Shown here one piece after another: positions 19,540 to 30,158 of a stretch of 64,000 nt of DNA. The notes beneath the pieces are model-generated. The model was not told the origin of the DNA. It did not search any database and saw only the letters and a program-made list of their open reading frames with translations. The stretch's first letter is position 1, and each line of letters begins with the position of its first letter. This DNA comes from a virus (lineage: Duplodnaviria > Caudoviricetes). The position numbers were made by a program, and so were the translations under genes. The stretch lies in IMG/VR virus record IMGVR_UViG_3300037493_000871, positions 1,571 to 65,570 of that record; one strand, given 5' to 3'.

Positions 19540-21441
19540 GTGCTCAAGAAAATTTTGTTCAGACCCGGCGTTAACCGGGAGAACACCCGATATGCTTCTG
19601 AAGCTCTGGGTTCTGTGCAGGGCGCTGCGCAGTCAGTTGGCGGTTGGTACGAATCAAACAATGTGCGTTTTCGCCAAGGCACGCCCGAGAAACTCGGTGG
19701 CTGGGTCCGGCTGTCTTCTTCGTTTTTTCTTGGCGTGTGCCGCACATTGTGGAACTGGATAACCCTTACAGGGCAAAACCTGTTGGGGGTAGGCACAAAT
19801 TTGAAGTTCTATATTGAGAACGGCGGGGCCTACATCGACATCACTCCGATTCGTGCAACAATAACGCTGGGTACCGACCCCTTTAGCACCGTATCAGGGT
19901 CCACTACGGTTACCGTAACCGACGCCACGGGCGGTTGGGTTAGCGGCGATTTTGTCACGTTCAGCGGCGCTACCGCCGTGGGCGGGTTGGTGATAGTTGG
20001 GGAGTATCAGCTCTCCATCATTGGCACAAGCGTCACGCAATACACAATTCAAGCGGACAGCGCCGCATCCTCGACAGCTACGGGCGGCGGGGCTGCCGTC
20101 GAAGCGCAATACCAAGTTAACGTAGGGCCGGCGTTCGCGGTTCCGGTGGTCGGCTGGGGCGCGGGCGCTTGGGGCTCGGGCGAGTGGGGTATTGGCACAA
20201 CTACAACGTACCCTATGCGGTTGTGGAACCAAGATAACTTTGGCCAAAACCTTATCTTCGGCCCTCGCGGGGGCCCGATGTACTACTGGGAAGCCGTGAC
20301 CCCGATCAACACTCGCGGGGTGTTGATCTCTAGTTTGATGGGGGCCGACGCTGATGTGCCGTTGGTGCAGAACTACTTGCTGATATCGGATACCTCGCGG
20401 TTCGTGTTCGCCTTTGGGTGCAACGATTACTCCGATACCGTCCAGAACCCCATGCTAATTCGGTGGTCGGACCAAGAGTCGGTCATTACGTGGACCCCAG
20501 CGCCCACAAACCAAGCGGGTAGTTTGCTGCTCTCTCACGGCTCTCAGATCATTACGGCACTGCAAGGCCGCCAAGAAATTTTGGTGTGGACAGATTCGAC
20601 CCTTTACTCCCTGCAGTATTCAGGCCCGCCAGCCGTTTGGGGGTCTCAGTTGGTGGGGGACAACATTTCCATTGTGGGCCAGAACGCTATGGCTCTAGCT
20701 TCGGGCGTTGTATATTGGATGGGCGTGGATAAGTTTTACAAATACGACGGCACCGTAAAAACGTTGCGTTGCGATTTGCGCCAGTATGTGTACAGCGACA
20801 TTAACCTGTTGCAGAAGGCCCAGTTCTTTGCGAGCACCAATGAAGGATTCAACGAAATCTGGTTCTTTTATTGCAGTGCCGACTCAGTTCTGATCGACAA
20901 GTACGTGGTGTACAACTACGCGGAAGATATCTGGTACTACGGCCTCATGGGGCGCACGGCATGGTTGGACTCTGGCCTGCGGGATACCCCGATTGCAGCT
21001 ACTTACGCAAACAACCTTGTCAACCATGAAAGCGGGGTCGATGACAATACGCTGGCTACCCCGCAGCCAATCACGGCGCTAATTGCGTCGTCGGAGTTTG
21101 ATATCGACGATGGCCACAACTATGGGTTTGTTCGGCGTATCCTGCCTGACTTGACCTTCCGTGGGTCTGCCAACAACATCACTCCGCAAGTGACGATGAC
21201 CTTGATCCCCTTGGCGAGCTCTGGCTCTGGGTACACGACTCCGGCTTCCGAGGGCGGAACTAACATTGCAACTGTTCAGCGTATTACGACTGCGCCTGTG
21301 GAAGAGTTTACGGGGCAAGTTTTTATTCGTGTGCGGGGCCGGCAGATGGTGTTTCGCATAGACTCAAACCAGCTCGGTTGCGCTTTTCAAATCGGGGCTC
21401 CGCGAATTGATTTGCAGCCGGATGGCCGCCGGGGGAGGTAA
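19540..21441 (+). CDS. tail nozzle / stabilisation protein, putative
   Basis: 633 aa beta-propeller-like, IRWSDQE motif; position before internal proteins. Confidence 0.65.
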   Translation: MLKKILFRPGVNRENTRYASEALGSVQGAAQSVGGWYESNNVRFRQGTPEKLGGWVRLSSSFFLGVCRTLWNWITLTGQNLLGVGTNLKFYIENGGAYIDITPIRATITLGTDPFSTVSGSTTVTVTDATGGWVSGDFVTFSGATAVGGLVIVGEYQLSIIGTSVTQYTIQADSAASSTATGGGAAVEAQYQVNVGPAFAVPVVGWGAGAWGSGEWGIGTTTTYPMRLWNQDNFGQNLIFGPRGGPMYYWEAVTPINTRGVLISSLMGADADVPLVQNYLLISDTSRFVFAFGCNDYSDTVQNPMLIRWSDQESVITWTPAPTNQAGSLLLSHGSQIITALQGRQEILVWTDSTLYSLQYSGPPAVWGSQLVGDNISIVGQNAMALASGVVYWMGVDKFYKYDGTVKTLRCDLRQYVYSDINLLQKAQFFASTNEGFNEIWFFYCSADSVLIDKYVVYNYAEDIWYYGLMGRTAWLDSGLRDTPIAATYANNLVNHESGVDDNTLATPQPITALIASSEFDIDDGHNYGFVRRILPDLTFRGSANNITPQVTMTLIPLASSGSGYTTPASEGGTNIATVQRITTAPVEEFTGQVFIRVRGRQMVFRIDSNQLGCAFQIGAPRIDLQPDGRRGR

Positions 21442-21442
21442 C

Positions 21443-21703
21443 ATGACAATTACAGCCAAGGTGAACGTAGCCCCACCAAATCTTCCGCTTGCGCCCCTGC
21501 AGTATGACCGCGAGTATTTTGACCAACTTACCAAGATTTTGCGGTTGTACTTTAACCGCATCAGCGTTCCGCAGGACTACGCTATGAGAACCTTTAGCGT
21601 GGACGTAGAGCGCATGCCCACCGAAGCCGACGTGGCTAACCTGCGTGTTGGCGATGTGTACAGAGATACCACTGCGGACAACGCACTGAAAGTGAAGGTT
21701 TGA
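21443..21703 (+). CDS. hypothetical virion protein
   Basis: SD GGAGG; PNLPLAP..YD...LRLYF. Confidence 0.65.
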   Translation: MTITAKVNVAPPNLPLAPLQYDREYFDQLTKILRLYFNRISVPQDYAMRTFSVDVERMPTEADVANLRVGDVYRDTTADNALKVKV

Positions 21704-21704
21704 A

Positions 21705-24700
21705 ATGGCAACCTCTTTTGTTGATTCCTTAAAAAGTGCGGCGCAAGCGGCTCAAGAAAGATTGCAAGCCAGAAACGATGCTGTAACCATATTAGCCAAC
21801 AACATCGTTGCTCAAAACACGATGGACAAGTGGTCCACCGGCTCTGGATTGAGCAAGGAAGCCGCCGCCCGAATGATGGCGGAGAAGATGTATGACCAAG
21901 CCGGCATCACGCGCTTGGAAGACTTTGGCAAAGTTCCGGTCAAAGAGACGTTGGACGTCGCCAACCAAAACGGCGTTTCCGGCTACTGGACTCAGCAAGG
22001 CCAACAGGTCGAAATGGGCGATGGGTTTGGCACTGTTTATTCTGACGTATTTGTCCCCCTAACTCCAGCCGAACAATCGCAAGTCAAAGACGGCAAGCTG
22101 GTGCGTGACACCGGCCAGACCACCTACGGCAACAAGGTAACCGGCCAAACCATTCCAATGGAGTACGACCGCGCAAAACCCAATGACTGGGGCGGTACGT
22201 TTGCTGGTGATAGTAGCTCAGGCTTTGGTGTGCAGTTCAATGAACTTGGCATGCCCATGTTCTATACGCACTACGACGTGGACAACGGCCCGTGGGGAGC
22301 TATCCTTTCTATTGCTTCGTTGGTTCCGGGCCCGCAACAGCCGTTTTTGATGGCTGCAAATGCTGCGCTGCAGTACGAACAGGGCAACACCACCGGGGCT
22401 TTACTGAGCGCTCTTGGAGCGGCTGCCGGGTTTGGCAGTCAGGCTTTGAATACAGCCGCGCAAGCGGATGCTGCGGCAACCGCCGCACAACTTGGAATGA
22501 CCGCCGAGCAAGCGCAGGCCATGGGCCTTGTGGCATCTTCTTCGTCCACGATGTCCGCCGCACAGTTTCTGTCTACCGTGCAAACAGCCCAGCAGGGGGT
22601 TGCAGTGCTCAACGCACTGAACAGCAAAAACTTTGCGGGTTTGATTGGGTCCTTGACAAACCTTGCGCCCCAACTTGGGGTCACAATCCCCGAGGATTTA
22701 GTGAAGCCGATTCAAGTTGCTGCTATTGGCGCGGCGGCCAGTCGGGGGGACTGGGCTGCTATGGCGAACGCCGCAGGAACGCTCACAAAAAGCTCTGACT
22801 TGGCGCTCGCCAGCAAGGGCATCAGTTTGGTAAATGCGGTTAAATCCGGCAATCCCGCCGCCATGATGGCCGCTGCTGTAGGCTTTGGGAAGCAAGCCGG
22901 GCTAGATAGCTCCGTTGCTAAAGCCACCCTTAAAAGTGCCGGCGTTGCCGCAAACGATGCGCAAGTTGCGGCCATTACAAATGCCGCGGACCCTACGAAA
23001 GCCGTGCAGTCCGTCATTGATGAAAACGAAGTTCTCAAGAAGTTATACAAAGAAGAGACCGGCTCAGAAATTTCATTTGACACGTTAACGGCTGCAGTAA
23101 ATACGACAGACCCAACCAAAGCCGTTGATGCTTTAACCGCTACAAAGGACGAAGCCGCTGCAGAGTTCAAGTCTGTGTTTGGCCGTGAAGGTACGGCTGC
23201 GGAAATTGCAAAGTATGTGGGGCAGCCTGAAGATACATCGTTTGCGGCGATCCAAGGGGATAATACAGCTATTGACAGCGGGTTCAAAGACTCGCAAGAC
23301 ATGCAAGCCGCTACAACGGCGGGTTTTACCGATGCAAAAGATTGGACGCAATATCAAGGGTTGTCCGCGGGCGCAAAACAAAACTACGCGGACCTTGTAC
23401 AGATGGGCACTGATACCGGGAACGCCATGGCCATGGCGGGCGCGTTTGATACCAATTACTCCCAGTGGTCTGAGGGGGACCAGTACGCGGCGCTGTCTAA
23501 ATCCAATGATGCGGCGATGACCGCTTTAAAACCCGGCACCGCCGGGTTTACGAAAAAATTCAATGCTATTCTTGAAAACGAAATTGCATTGGGTAGCAAG
23601 GGGTACATGCAGCCCATTGGGAACGGCACGTATTTGAATGCCGACATATTGTGGTCAAAAGACGCTAAAGGAAATTGGAAGAGCCAAGTGCTAACCCCTG
23701 CGCAAGTTGGGGAGTACACCACCAATGCAATTTTGAACAGCGTCGCAACGCCTACTACGCCGGATACTTCTGCTCCTCCCGCAGAACCTAACTTCCTTGA
23801 AAAGTACGGCGCGATATTTGGTATGGGTACTTCAGACCCTACGGCCCAAAAAGCTGCTATGTTTGGCGGCGGGGCTTCCTTCAACAATGGCACTTCGGAC
23901 GGGTTCTCACTTTTTGCTACCGATGGCGAAAAGAAAGAAACCATTGTTTGGTACGAAACCAAACTTGCCGATTTACAAAAAGACCCAACCGTGCCTGCAG
24001 CCGACGTGGCCAAAGCCAAAGATATCTTGAAGACCATGGAAGATACGCCCGTGGTTCCGCCGGAGAAAGCCGTGGAAGTCGCTAAGACGGTCGTAGCAGA
24101 AGATACGAAAACGGTAGAAACTGCCAAGACAGTCGCGGACAAATCCGCCGCGGCGGCAATAGAAGCGGCTCAGGACCCCAAATCGTCGCCTACGCAAATA
24201 GCTGATGCGCAAGTACAAGCCATCATTGACGCTCAAGCTTACCAAACTGCGCAGGATAAGGCCCAAAAATCTACTGCCAATGTGCAAGTAGCTACCAACG
24301 CCGCTGCCGCCGCACAAGCTGCTGCGGACGCTAAGGCCGCTGCCGACGCTAAGGCCGCTGCCGACGCTAAGACTGCTGCGGATGCTAAAGCCGCCGCTAA
24401 CGTTAAGGCCGCTGCTGACGCTAAGGCTGCTGCCGACGCACAAGCCGCTAAGGCTGCTGCTGACGCCAAGACTGCTGCCGCCGCACAAGCCGCTGCCGCT
24501 AAGGCCGCTACGGATGCCAAGACTGCCGCTGACGCTAAGGCCGCTGCCGACGCTAAGACTGCTGCTGATGCACAAGCCGCTAAGGCCGCTGCCGACGCTA
24601 AGACTGCTGCTGATGCACAAGCTGCTGCTACTGCCGCCGCAAAAGCTGCTGCGGATGCTAAGGCTGTGCAAGACTCCAAAGATTTGCAGGATTTAAAAAA

Positions 24701-26459
24701 TTCTACGCAGACCGGGTTTGAAGGGGTGCGCAATGAATTAGCTACCGCCATCAAGGCCGCGACGGACATGGGCCTGAAGGGTGATGCTGCGCTGCAAGCA
24801 GCGATCGACTCCGTAGCCGCTACGCAAAAGACCAGCTCTGCTGATTTGCTGGCCAAGCTGGGAACCACGACCGCTGACTTGAAGAGCCAGTTCTCCGCCG
24901 ATTTAGCCAAGTCGCAAACCGCTACGCAAGCGAGCATAGAGGACGTAAAAATAAGCTTGTCGGCTGCCATCAAAGCCGCTACGGACGCCGGACTGACCGG
25001 GGACGCAGCTCTGCAGAAGGCCATAGATTCCGTAGCCGCTACGCAAAAGACCAGTTCTGCTGATTTGCTGGCCAAGCTGGGAACCACGACCGCTGACTTG
25101 AAGAGCCAGTTCTCCGCCGATTTGGCTGGTGTCAAGACCACCGTAGCGAACATGCAAGCCCAACTGTCGGATGCCATCAAGGCCGCGACGGACATGGGCC
25201 TGAAGGGTGATGCTGCGCTGCAAGCAGCGATCGACTCCGTAGCCGCTACGCAAAAGACCAGTTCTGCTGATTTGCTGGCCAAGCTGGGAACCACGACCGC
25301 TGACTTGAAGAGCCAGTTTGCTACGGATTTGGCCGGGGTTCAGACGGGGCTGGAAACAAGCATAGCGGGCACGCGCACAGCCCTTGAGACTGCAATCAAG
25401 GCCGCTACGGACGCTGGACTGAAGGGTGATGCTGCGCTGCAAGCAGCGATCGACTCCGTGGCTGCCACTCAAAAGACCAGCTCTGCCGAGTTGCTGGCCA
25501 AGCTGGGGACCACAGCCGCTGACTTGAAGACCCAGTTTGCTACCGGTTTGGCCGGCGTATCTGCAGACGTTCAGGCAAAGTACGACACGCTGACCGCCGC
25601 GCAAAAAGCCACTGCGGACGCTTTGGTAAAACAAGGGGCGGACCTCGCCACGGCAATTGCTACCGCGCAAACTCAAACCACGCAACAGATCGCAAACCTT
25701 GGCACTGGCCTGAACGCACGGATTGACGAGTTGGTAAAGCAAGGTCAGACTCAGCAGGCCGCTACGCAACAAGCATTTGCCGAACTGAATGCGCAAAACC
25801 AGACTTTGACGGGCCAGATCGGAACTCAAGGCCGCACTGCTACGCAAGCCGATATCGACGCTTTGACCGGCATGGTAAGCGGCCAGACTGCGCCAAATCT
25901 GTCCTACGATGTCAACGGCGACAAGCAAATCACGCAAGCCGATATTGACTTTTTGTCGGGCGTGGTGTCTGGCAAGACAACAAATTGGCGGCCAACAACC
26001 GGGTCCCCATGGGCAGCAACCGGACTGTACGGCCAAATTCAAACCGGCCAGTGGGGCCAAGAAGACGCCGCCGCTGCCGCTGCGGGGGAAGCCGCCAAAC
26101 AAGCTGCTGCTCAACGAGCCTCCGCCGCTGCCGCTGCCCAACAAGCCGCTGCAAATGCACGGCAAGCTCAAGGCACTGCGCTCAAAGGTCAAGCCCAGCA
26201 AGGCACGCAAAACGTCATGCAGCAACTGCAGGCAATGCAAACCGCTGGGTCCGCGGCAGCGCCCGCTGTGCCTTTGGTGGAGGCCGGCCCCGGGTTCAAC
26301 GTAGAAGACGAGCTGAATACCAACTTTTTCAGTGACTTCTTTGCTAAAAAACCCCAGCAAACTTCTACGCAGACGACTAAAATCGCTTCTGGCGGGTACC
26401 TTGACGACTTGCTGGCGGGGACTTCATCGGCAGACGACCTGCTGAATCTCTTACGCTAA
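21705..26459 (+). CDS. large Ala-rich repetitive protein (internal virion/ejection protein, putative)
   Basis: 1584 aa; AAADAK repeats and four ~70-aa repeats. Confidence 0.7.
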   Translation: MATSFVDSLKSAAQAAQERLQARNDAVTILANNIVAQNTMDKWSTGSGLSKEAAARMMAEKMYDQAGITRLEDFGKVPVKETLDVANQNGVSGYWTQQGQQVEMGDGFGTVYSDVFVPLTPAEQSQVKDGKLVRDTGQTTYGNKVTGQTIPMEYDRAKPNDWGGTFAGDSSSGFGVQFNELGMPMFYTHYDVDNGPWGAILSIASLVPGPQQPFLMAANAALQYEQGNTTGALLSALGAAAGFGSQALNTAAQADAAATAAQLGMTAEQAQAMGLVASSSSTMSAAQFLSTVQTAQQGVAVLNALNSKNFAGLIGSLTNLAPQLGVTIPEDLVKPIQVAAIGAAASRGDWAAMANAAGTLTKSSDLALASKGISLVNAVKSGNPAAMMAAAVGFGKQAGLDSSVAKATLKSAGVAANDAQVAAITNAADPTKAVQSVIDENEVLKKLYKEETGSEISFDTLTAAVNTTDPTKAVDALTATKDEAAAEFKSVFGREGTAAEIAKYVGQPEDTSFAAIQGDNTAIDSGFKDSQDMQAATTAGFTDAKDWTQYQGLSAGAKQNYADLVQMGTDTGNAMAMAGAFDTNYSQWSEGDQYAALSKSNDAAMTALKPGTAGFTKKFNAILENEIALGSKGYMQPIGNGTYLNADILWSKDAKGNWKSQVLTPAQVGEYTTNAILNSVATPTTPDTSAPPAEPNFLEKYGAIFGMGTSDPTAQKAAMFGGGASFNNGTSDGFSLFATDGEKKETIVWYETKLADLQKDPTVPAADVAKAKDILKTMEDTPVVPPEKAVEVAKTVVAEDTKTVETAKTVADKSAAAAIEAAQDPKSSPTQIADAQVQAIIDAQAYQTAQDKAQKSTANVQVATNAAAAAQAAADAKAAADAKAAADAKTAADAKAAANVKAAADAKAAADAQAAKAAADAKTAAAAQAAAAKAATDAKTAADAKAAADAKTAADAQAAKAAADAKTAADAQAAATAAAKAAADAKAVQDSKDLQDLKNSTQTGFEGVRNELATAIKAATDMGLKGDAALQAAIDSVAATQKTSSADLLAKLGTTTADLKSQFSADLAKSQTATQASIEDVKISLSAAIKAATDAGLTGDAALQKAIDSVAATQKTSSADLLAKLGTTTADLKSQFSADLAGVKTTVANMQAQLSDAIKAATDMGLKGDAALQAAIDSVAATQKTSSADLLAKLGTTTADLKSQFATDLAGVQTGLETSIAGTRTALETAIKAATDAGLKGDAALQAAIDSVAATQKTSSAELLAKLGTTAADLKTQFATGLAGVSADVQAKYDTLTAAQKATADALVKQGADLATAIATAQTQTTQQIANLGTGLNARIDELVKQGQTQQAATQQAFAELNAQNQTLTGQIGTQGRTATQADIDALTGMVSGQTAPNLSYDVNGDKQITQADIDFLSGVVSGKTTNWRPTTGSPWAATGLYGQIQTGQWGQEDAAAAAAGEAAKQAAAQRASAAAAAQQAAANARQAQGTALKGQAQQGTQNVMQQLQAMQTAGSAAAPAVPLVEAGPGFNVEDELNTNFFSDFFAKKPQQTSTQTTKIASGGYLDDLLAGTSSADDLLNLLR
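24300..24665 (+). repeat. degenerate coding tandem repeat (AAADAK)
   Basis: Many GCTGCCGACGCTAAG-like units. Confidence 0.85.
24747..25545 (+). repeat. four coding repeats spaced 219/207/219 bp
   Basis: AIKAATD.GL.GDAALQ.AIDSVAATQKTSSA.LLAKLGTT at 24747, 24966, 25173, 25392. Confidence 0.9.
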
Positions 26460-26469
26460 AGGAATTACT

Positions 26470-28425
26470 ATGAGCGGCTATTACGACGAATACTCGGGAG
26501 ACTGGGTTGACCTTGGCGATGAGTTTGCAGGGTTTGAGCAACTGGACAATACGTCTGGTACACAAACAATCGACAACCTTGGGCAAACTACGTACACCTA
26601 CGACGACGGCTCTACACTGATTGTTGACGATAGCGGGAACCCCATTAGCAGTACCGAAAGTACGGACTCTACGGGAAGTTCAATTGCTGCTAACAGCGCC
26701 CTTGCTTGGATCAATAAGAACTTAGGGTCAACCGCTGCCTCTGCCTTCACCAAAATGATGGCGTCCCCCGGAGCTACTCTGGGTACTGCTTTGGCGGCTG
26801 CCAAAATGCTCAGTGGCGGCAACGCCGTTCAAACGGGTGGGTACAGCAAAGCCATTCCTAAGATGGAGCAAGTGCGCCAGCAGGTGCAATACAACGACCC
26901 TAACCGGGTGCCCGGTTCTGCAGGCCGCCAGTATTTTACAGATGCCCAATACATCCCTCAGGGCGACGAAGCCGCCAAGACCGCGGCTATGGCAACGGCC
27001 AACACGCAAGCTCAAGGCATACTGGCTGCTCGTCCTGCTGCGGCTGCGCCTGCGGCTAACCCCTATGCGGGCAAAATGAACCGCGGTTTTGCGGCTGCTC
27101 CTGTTGCTGCGCCTGCCCCTGCCGGCCTGCCGGCATCCAGCGTTATCCAGACAAACCCTATCCCCCCAGCACAAGGAACAAAAATGGCACATGGAGGCAT
27201 CGCGGGCTTTGCGCATGGTGGCCGGTATCTGCAAGGCAATACCGATGGTATGGCTGATGAGCTGCCCACTTCGATCGACGGTAAACAACCTGCGGCGCTG
27301 AGCCATGGTGAGTTTGTAATTCCTGCGGACGTAGTGTCTCATTTAGGCAACGGTAACTCCGACGCTGGCGCAGAGAAGCTGTACGACATGATGTCGCGCA
27401 TCCGCAAAGCCCGCACGGGTAACGAGAAGCAAGGCAAAGAAATCAACCCGGACAAGTTTATGCCCGGTGGTTTGGCTGCAGCTTACGCCGCTGGCGGCTC
27501 CGTTCGTGGTTTTGCTACTGGCGATTTGGTCCCCGGCGCTACGTCTCCTACCGCAACTCCTGCCGCTTCGGTCCCCAGTTATGGCAGCTCCACATCGTCT
27601 AGCCTGTCTCCATGGGCCGGTGATTACGTGACCAACATGCTGGGCCAAGGCCAAGCGGCTGCGGCTGCGCCGTACCAAGCCTACACAGGTCAATTGACCG
27701 CGGGCCCATCCAACTTGCAGCAGCAAGCGTTTACCGGCGCAAGCGAGAACGTCCAAGGCGGGTACAACCCGACGACCTTTACTGGTGGGGCATTCAATGC
27801 GCAAGCCGCGCAGCAGTACATGAACCCGTACTTGCAAGCATCCCTTGACCCGCAGTTGAAAGAGCTGCAGCGCCAAGCTCAGATCGGCAACATGACTGAC
27901 GCAGCCAAGCTGACTCAAGGCGGGGCCTACGGCGGCGGACGCCAAGCCGTTTTGATGGGTGAGCAAAACCGCAACCTTCTGGACAAATCCAGCGGCCTGT
28001 TGAGCAGCGGGTACAACACTGCGTTTACCAACGCGCAGCAGCAATTCAATGCCGATCAAGCTCGCAACCTGCAGACCCAACAAGCCAGTGAAGCATCTCG
28101 TCAGTACGGCGCGGATTACGGCCTTAAGGCGTTGGACCAGTTGTCCGGCATGGGCGCTACGCAACGCGACATCACCCAGCAAGGGCTCACCGCAGATCAG
28201 AAGCAGTTTGAAGAGCAGCGCGATTACGCACTCAAGATGCCGCAGTACCAGAAAGACTTGCTCACGGGCTTGCCTATTACGACAAATGCAACGACGTCAA
28301 ACACCACGCAGTTGGGGCAGATCGGGTCCTCGATCAGCAACTTGCAATCTTTGTACGACCAACTTGCTAAGCTTGGCGTGACCCCTGAAGCGGCTACTCC
28401 GACTACAACTACACCTGCGAAGTAA
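26470..28425 (+). CDS. internal virion/ejection protein, putative
   Basis: YMNPYLQ, GAYGG.RQA patterns; D.LP...LSHGEFVIPA domain. Confidence 0.65.
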   Translation: MSGYYDEYSGDWVDLGDEFAGFEQLDNTSGTQTIDNLGQTTYTYDDGSTLIVDDSGNPISSTESTDSTGSSIAANSALAWINKNLGSTAASAFTKMMASPGATLGTALAAAKMLSGGNAVQTGGYSKAIPKMEQVRQQVQYNDPNRVPGSAGRQYFTDAQYIPQGDEAAKTAAMATANTQAQGILAARPAAAAPAANPYAGKMNRGFAAAPVAAPAPAGLPASSVIQTNPIPPAQGTKMAHGGIAGFAHGGRYLQGNTDGMADELPTSIDGKQPAALSHGEFVIPADVVSHLGNGNSDAGAEKLYDMMSRIRKARTGNEKQGKEINPDKFMPGGLAAAYAAGGSVRGFATGDLVPGATSPTATPAASVPSYGSSTSSSLSPWAGDYVTNMLGQGQAAAAAPYQAYTGQLTAGPSNLQQQAFTGASENVQGGYNPTTFTGGAFNAQAAQQYMNPYLQASLDPQLKELQRQAQIGNMTDAAKLTQGGAYGGGRQAVLMGEQNRNLLDKSSGLLSSGYNTAFTNAQQQFNADQARNLQTQQASEASRQYGADYGLKALDQLSGMGATQRDITQQGLTADQKQFEEQRDYALKMPQYQKDLLTGLPITTNATTSNTTQLGQIGSSISNLQSLYDQLAKLGVTPEAATPTTTTPAK

Positions 28426-28433
28426 GGACCCCT

Positions 28434-30149
28434 ATGAATCTCGTCAAAGCACAAGAGCTGCTCAAGGGCATGCCCATTCCAGAACTGCAGAAGTACGCCA
28501 ACGGCTTCAGCCCCGAGATGATTCCACCATGGCTGGCCATGGGCGAGATGAACGCCAAGATGGAGCAGCAAAAGAAAATGGCCGCCATGCAAGGCGCAGC
28601 CAGCGGCCCACAGCCTAGCGTCAAAGAACAGATCGAGCAAAAGGCCGGTCTGATGGCGTACCAAGCGCAGCAGCAAGCTCAAGCGCAGCAGCAGATGACG
28701 CAGCAAGCCCAGAATGCCCCCATGCCAGCACCCGCAGGTGTCCCGCAACCGCAAGGACAACCGCAAGCACAAGCTCAACCGGAACAGCCCGCTATGATGG
28801 CTTCCGGCGGTCTGGCTGGGGCCCCCATCCGCTTCAACTTTGACGGTGGCGGTATCGTTGCGTTTGCTGATGGTGGAAAAACCCAGTACACATTGCAGCA
28901 GCAAGGCGCTGATTGGGAGGCTAGACGCCAAGCAGCTAGAGACGCAAAAGCTGCGACGCCTGAATCGGTATCAAGTGTTGCCGACGAATTGAAGTCCTTG
29001 CAAGAAGCCCGTGAACGCTATATTCGCGCCGGCTCCGACACTTCCGCAATCGACCAAGCTATTGCTAAGCTGTCGGCACAAATGCGGCCCGTTATGCAGG
29101 ATGACCCGCGTCTGCAGCCTCCACCCCCAGTTGCTTCGGGTACACCTAACTTGCCCGTGACTCCTAGTGCTCCCCCTGCGGGACTACCCGCTGCCGTGGC
29201 CGGCGCAACCCCACCTCCTGCAGCTCCACCCGGGGCTCCACCCGGGGCTCCACCCGGGGCCCCACAGCCACGCCCACCCGGTCTTCCCGGCGCAATGGCA
29301 CCACGGCCCCCAGCAGCTCCAACCGCGCCACCCGGCCCAGCTCAAGGTAGCGCAGAACAAATGGCCTTGCAGGCTGTGAAAGAGCAGCGCACCGCGATGA
29401 CCCCTGAAGCTGCTATGGGTCAAGAGAAGCAGTTTGCGGCCAACTACGGGCTGGACAAACCCCAAGACACCGAGCAGCGCGGCTTGCTGGCTGCAATGAA
29501 GCAGCGCAATGAGCAGTACATGGCTGGCCGCCCGATGGCGGAGTTGGGCGCAACACTGCGCGGGTTTAGTGAAGGCCACGGCGGCGCAGGCGCAGCAAGT
29601 GCTCGCGCACAGCAGGAAACTTACAACACTGACATGGCCAACCAACGGGAGCAGTTGAACGCCATTGATGCGTTGAGCAAGCGCAACCAAGAACTCAACA
29701 AGAACCGGTACACCTCTGCCGGAAGCTTGTTTGGCGAAGACAAAAAGTCCGCGGACGCCTTTAACAAAGATCGCATGCAGACTCTGGGCACTATGTCCAA
29801 TGCGGCGACGCAAGAGCGCAGTAATAAATACAGCGCTGACATGCACTACAAAGCTGCATTAGCGCAAATTAGCGCTGCCGCAGCACGAAACAATATGGAC
29901 TTGACGCAAAACCAAAAAGCCCAGCTTGCCGACAAAGCTATGGACAACGTAACCGCGCAAATTAAAGCCAATATGAAGCTGCAAATGGATGTGGCCAAGA
30001 ACCCGGCAATTCTGCAAGAGATGGTTCGCAAAGAAACTGACCGCTTGATGTCGGCTGCCGGCGGCACTACAATGGCCCCAGCCCCCGGCGCAGCAAGCCC
30101 CGGCGGAACCAGTACCTCCGGTTGGGGAAAAGCCTCAGTCGTTAAATAG
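28434..30149 (+). CDS. Gln/Pro-rich internal virion protein, putative
   Basis: 571 aa; SD AAGGA; position. Confidence 0.6.
   Translation: MNLVKAQELLKGMPIPELQKYANGFSPEMIPPWLAMGEMNAKMEQQKKMAAMQGAASGPQPSVKEQIEQKAGLMAYQAQQQAQAQQQMTQQAQNAPMPAPAGVPQPQGQPQAQAQPEQPAMMASGGLAGAPIRFNFDGGGIVAFADGGKTQYTLQQQGADWEARRQAARDAKAATPESVSSVADELKSLQEARERYIRAGSDTSAIDQAIAKLSAQMRPVMQDDPRLQPPPPVASGTPNLPVTPSAPPAGLPAAVAGATPPPAAPPGAPPGAPPGAPQPRPPGLPGAMAPRPPAAPTAPPGPAQGSAEQMALQAVKEQRTAMTPEAAMGQEKQFAANYGLDKPQDTEQRGLLAAMKQRNEQYMAGRPMAELGATLRGFSEGHGGAGAASARAQQETYNTDMANQREQLNAIDALSKRNQELNKNRYTSAGSLFGEDKKSADAFNKDRMQTLGTMSNAATQERSNKYSADMHYKAALAQISAAAARNNMDLTQNQKAQLADKAMDNVTAQIKANMKLQMDVAKNPAILQEMVRKETDRLMSAAGGTTMAPAPGAASPGGTSTSGWGKASVVK
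29223..29258 (+). repeat. 12-bp tandem repeat x3 (APPG)
   Basis: GCTCCACCCGGG x3. Confidence 0.85.
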
Positions 30150-30158
30150 AGACGCATC

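Noticed and set aside
23973-26360. Long antisense ORFs opposite the 1584-aa gene
   Set aside because: Explained by low-complexity Ala-rich repeats.
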